Source of the DNA: Verrucomicrobiota bacterium
GTDB taxonomy: Bacteria; Verrucomicrobiota; Verrucomicrobiia; Limisphaerales; CANJXF01
Assembly: GCA_038214755.1 (NCBI GenBank)
Contig: JBBQRQ010000043.1
Span: 1 to 40,819 of the forward strand
Direction: 5' to 3'
DNA length: 40,819 nucleotides
The translations under genes and the position numbers were made by a program. Shown here one piece after another: positions 37,319 through 40,819 of the stretch. The first letter of the stretch is position 1; each line of letters starts with the position of its first letter. The notes beneath the pieces are model-generated. The model saw nothing but the letters and a program-made list of their open reading frames with translations, did no database searches and was not told the DNA's origin.

Positions 37319-38521
37319 TTACACCGTCAACCCAGCGTCCCAATCTTTCCAGACCGGTTCGTAGCCGAGCTGGCGGATTCGTTCGGCGACTTTTTCGGGA
37401 GAACGTTCGTCGGCGATTTCAAATTGGCCCGTGGCGTTTGTCGCGTGGCCATTCGTCGTCGCCCATTCGCTGGAACCGGCGGCGAGTTCAACGATTTTTC
37501 CGCGCACGGTCTGATGAATTTTTTCTTTCCCTGCGCCAGTGTAGCCGCCGGGTTCGGTGTGGCTGCCCGCGCTCATCATCGTGATGCCGAGCGGAATCAG
37601 CGCGTCACGCAGCCTGGCGGGTTCGCGCGTGGAGAGCACCAGGCCAATATCTGGAAACGTCAGGCGAAACGCGCAGATCAATTGCACAAGTTCGCGATCA
37701 CCCAGAGTCGTGAGAGGTTGAAATTCCCCCGCGCACGGACGCAACCGCGGCAAGGAAATTGTCACCTGCGCTTTCCAACAATTGCGCAATAAATAATCGG
37801 CGTGCGCGGCGAGGGCCAATGCCTCCAATCGCCAATCGCTCAAGCCGAAAAGCGCCCCGATTCCGAGGCGGCGAAAACCGGCGGCATAAGCGCGTTCGGC
37901 AGTTTCCAGTCGCCAATCGAAATTACGTTTCGGTCCGGCAGTATGCAGTTCGCTATAAATTTTTCGGTCGTAAGTTTCCTGGTAAACGATTAGCCCATCC
38001 GCTCCCGCCTCGACGAGCGGACGATATTCCACCGTTTCCATCGGTCCGACTTCGAGCGAGATGCTGGGAATTTCCTCGCGCAACGCAGCGACGCATTCAG
38101 CCATGTAACCGCTGGAAACAAACTTCGGATGTTCGCCCGCGACGAGGAGAATGTTGCGAAAGCCCTGCTCCTTCAAAGCGCGCGCCTCGCGGAGAACTTC
38201 TTCGACGGAAAGCGTGACGCGGAGAATCGCGTTGTCGCGGGAAAATCCGCAGTAGGAACAATTGTTGATGCACTCGTTGGAAAGATAGAGTGGCGCGAAA
38301 AGGCGAATGACCTTGCCGAAACGTTGTTGGGTCAATTGTTGGGAGCGGCGGGAAAGGTTTTCCAGAAATCCAGAGGCGACCGGTGAAATCAAAGCGGCGA
38401 AATCGTCCAGGGAAAATTTCTGTTTCGCTGCGGAATCGCGAACGGCGGACCGGCTCGCGCTCGCCGAACGCCTCAACCCTGAGTCCAGCGGCAAACGATT
38501 GAATTCCGAGACGAAGCTCAC
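37319..38521 (-). CDS. thiH: 2-iminoacetate synthase (tyrosine lyase, radical SAM)
   Basis: LFAPLYLSNECINNCSYCGF, YQETY, LSTRE, SAGSHTEPGGY, PVWKDWD; GTG start chosen. Confidence 0.94.
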   Translation of the reverse strand: MSFVSEFNRLPLDSGLRRSASASRSAVRDSAAKQKFSLDDFAALISPVASGFLENLSRRSQQLTQQRFGKVIRLFAPLYLSNECINNCSYCGFSRDNAILRVTLSVEEVLREARALKEQGFRNILLVAGEHPKFVSSGYMAECVAALREEIPSISLEVGPMETVEYRPLVEAGADGLIVYQETYDRKIYSELHTAGPKRNFDWRLETAERAYAAGFRRLGIGALFGLSDWRLEALALAAHADYLLRNCWKAQVTISLPRLRPCAGEFQPLTTLGDRELVQLICAFRLTFPDIGLVLSTREPARLRDALIPLGITMMSAGSHTEPGGYTGAGKEKIHQTVRGKIVELAAGSSEWATTNGHATNATGQFEIADERSPEKVAERIRQLGYEPVWKDWDAGLTV

Positions 38522-38544
38522 GAGAGAAAACCAAACAGGTGTTC

Positions 38545-39114
38545 TTATTTGGCTGAGCCAAAAATTTGGCCCACCTTGCACTTGAATCCCGGCAAAACTT
38601 TTCCGCCAGTCAACACGTCGTTCGGGCGCGTGAGGGATTCGATACTGTCCTCAGCATAAATGTGGACCTGCTGCTTGGGCCAATTGATCAGCCAGGCCAG
38701 CCGCGCGCCGTGCTCAAAATAATGATCGAGCTTGCGATTGATCTGCGTCATGCGGTCACTCGGAGACAGGACTTCGACCACCAGATCGGGAGCGCCATAA
38801 AGAAATTTGTCCGGCGCAATCAGAATTTTTTTCAACCGCGCTTTGCTGACGAATGAAATGTCGGGACTCAACAGCAATTCATCCGAGAGACGAAAACCCA
38901 TGCTGGAACCGAGAACATTTCCAAGTTCATGCTCCTCGACATATTTGAATACCAATGACCCTAATCGGACACAAAGCATTGCATGATTTGTGCTACCCGG
39001 ATTCTTAATCAATTCCCCATCCAGCAGTTCGCGTTTGTAGCCGTCCTTGGGAAGGGCTTCCAACTCTTCGTCCGTCCAAATCTTTTTTCTCGTTGAAAGT
39101 GTGGCGGTTGCCAT
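38545..39114 (-). CDS. Uma2/DUF820 family endonuclease-like protein
   Basis: RELLDGELI, SPDISFV, APDLVVEVLSPSD, VLPGF. Confidence 0.92.
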   Translation of the reverse strand: MATATLSTRKKIWTDEELEALPKDGYKRELLDGELIKNPGSTNHAMLCVRLGSLVFKYVEEHELGNVLGSSMGFRLSDELLLSPDISFVSKARLKKILIAPDKFLYGAPDLVVEVLSPSDRMTQINRKLDHYFEHGARLAWLINWPKQQVHIYAEDSIESLTRPNDVLTGGKVLPGFKCKVGQIFGSAK

Positions 39115-39151
39115 AAGAGCAAGCTATCAGAAAACGCATTAGGGTCAAACT

Positions 39152-40678
39152 TTAGCGCAGCACAAACTGCCGATGCTTCGCAAAAATTCCGCGCAACGAA
39201 ACAGACATTTCATCCTGCAACGTTTGTAGCTCGCGATAAATTTTTACGTTCTCTGTTTTTGGCTCCGCCGTTTCGCTCCGATTCAATTCCACAAACTGAT
39301 CCGTGATTTCATTGATGGAAATTTTTTCGCCACGTTGCAATCGCCAGCACCAGAGCGCTTGCAAGGCCGCGCCATACGCCGCGCCTTCGCTCACTTTCAA
39401 CGTCACGACCTCTGCGTTGAAAATGTCCGCCATGATTTGCCGCCACACTTTCGACTTTGCGCCGCCGCCCGTCGCGCGAATTTGTTTGCACCCACAGCCC
39501 AGTTCGGCGAGTCGGCGCAATCCGTAGTTCATTCCCATCGTCGCGCCTTCTATCGAGGCGCGGGCGAAGTGCGCGGCCTCAAATGTTTTCCCGTTCACGC
39601 CGAACCAAACGCCGGTGCCATCGGAAACATTCGGCGTGCGTTCGCCTTCAAAATAAGGCAGCAGCAGCAAACCATTCGATCCGGCTGGAATTTTTTTCGC
39701 CTCCTGCTCGTAACGTTCGTGCGTCCACTTGAAATCCGCGCGCAACATTTCCGTGGCGACAGTGACGTTCATCGTGCAGAGCAACGGCAGCCAGCGATTG
39801 GTCGAATCACAAAACGCCGCGATCTCCCCTTGCGGATCGATGACGGGTTTTTCGGAACAGGCGTAAATTGTTCCGCTCGTGCCGAAACTCGCAGTCACGA
39901 CTCCGGCCCGCGTGTTGCCGGTGCCGATGGCACCCATCATGTTGTCGCCGCCGCCAGCGCTGACCAAAATGTTGGCGGGCAAGCCAAGTTCAGTCGCGGT
40001 CGTTGCTTGTAGAAATCCCGCCGGTTGATCGCTCGAAATCAGCGGGGGCAATTTTTCCGCGAGCGAAAAATCAATCGTGTTCAACGCCGCTTCCGACCAT
40101 TTGCGTTTCTTCACGTCGAGCAACGCGGTGCCACTCGCGTCGCCGAATTCCATTTTCTTTTCGCCGGTCAACCAGAAATTCAAATAGTCGTGCGGCAAAA
40201 GAACCGTCGCGAGTTTTGCGAAATTTTTCGGCTCATGATTTTTCAGCCACAGAATTTTCGGGGCAGTGAACCCCGGCAAAATCGAGTTGCCCACCGCGCG
40301 AATCGCCGCTTTTTGTCCGCCAAGCTTTTCGGTGATTTCCTCGCACTCTGCCGCGGTCGAAGTGTCGTTCCACAATTTTGCAGGGCGAATGACCTCGCCG
40401 TTTTTGTCGAGCGGAACGAAACCGTGTTGTTGCCCGCTTACGCCGATGGCTTTGACTTCGCTGGCCGAAGCCTTTGCATTTTTCAACGCCGCGCGAATCG
40501 CATTGGCCGTCGCATCGCGCCACGCGTGCGGATGTTGTTCCTTCGCGCCCGTCGGTAGATTGGGAATCAATCCGTATTTCTGCGCGGACTCCGCCAGGAC
40601 TTTCCCGTTGCGGGCGTCCACCACCAAAACTTTGGTGGACTGGGTTCCGCTGTCGATCCCAAGCAAAAGCGTTCTCAT
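39152..40678 (-). CDS. xylB: xylulokinase (FGGY family)
   Basis: LGIDSGTQSTK, IGVSGQQHG, GGGDNMMGAIG, PYFEGERTPN, TGGGAKS. Confidence 0.92.
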   Translation of the reverse strand: MRTLLLGIDSGTQSTKVLVVDARNGKVLAESAQKYGLIPNLPTGAKEQHPHAWRDATANAIRAALKNAKASASEVKAIGVSGQQHGFVPLDKNGEVIRPAKLWNDTSTAAECEEITEKLGGQKAAIRAVGNSILPGFTAPKILWLKNHEPKNFAKLATVLLPHDYLNFWLTGEKKMEFGDASGTALLDVKKRKWSEAALNTIDFSLAEKLPPLISSDQPAGFLQATTATELGLPANILVSAGGGDNMMGAIGTGNTRAGVVTASFGTSGTIYACSEKPVIDPQGEIAAFCDSTNRWLPLLCTMNVTVATEMLRADFKWTHERYEQEAKKIPAGSNGLLLLPYFEGERTPNVSDGTGVWFGVNGKTFEAAHFARASIEGATMGMNYGLRRLAELGCGCKQIRATGGGAKSKVWRQIMADIFNAEVVTLKVSEGAAYGAALQALWCWRLQRGEKISINEITDQFVELNRSETAEPKTENVKIYRELQTLQDEMSVSLRGIFAKHRQFVLR

Positions 40679-40732
40679 AAATTGATAATTATCACGAAGG
40701 CCAAACTCGCCCAGAGAAATTTCCACAGGATA

Positions 40733-40797
40733 GGAGCGCGGACGGTGTCGTCCGCGAGGGGGATTTTGAAACACGCGGACGAGGACGTCCCCGCGCC
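40733..40797. repeat. REP doublet (GGAGCGCGGAC family)
   Basis: ggagcgcggacggtgtcgtccgcg ... cgcggacgaggacgtccccgcgcc. Confidence 0.75.
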
Positions 40798-40819
40798 GTT
40801 ATTTTTTTGAAGGGTGGGT

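Noticed and set aside
38522..38600. TPP riboswitch upstream of thiH
   Set aside because: Only 23 bp separate thiH from the Uma2 gene and no TPP aptamer consensus was recognised

Overview
Mostly minus-strand chromosomal region of a PVC-superphylum bacterium, probably Verrucomicrobiota (inferred from DUF1501 and DUF1549/DUF1553 genes, hopanoid genes and gene style). Housekeeping genes are plsY-gpsA, thrH, rsmI, yqgE/algH, a rhomboid protease, hpnH, hpnJ, an ALDH7-type dehydrogenase, dacB, mscS, thiS, thiH and xylB. They are interleaved with about 11 intact or decayed type II toxin-antitoxin modules and a dense, varied set of small palindromic elements. Four observations stand out. (1) At least four different REP/REPIN-like palindromes sit in-frame inside protein genes. 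(2) A four-helix-bundle gene bracketed by inverted heptamer arrays is inserted into an operon with ATGA overlaps on both sides, and gene-less heptamer arrays occur elsewhere. (3) Two MITEs with GGGTGTGATT ends and perfect 9-bp target duplications each carry a REP doublet. (4) A HemN-like radical SAM, chorismate-lyase-like and flavin-halogenase-like gene set may form an uncharacterised pathway. No rRNA, tRNA, CRISPR array or transposase was seen. All family calls come from motif recognition by eye, with no database searches.
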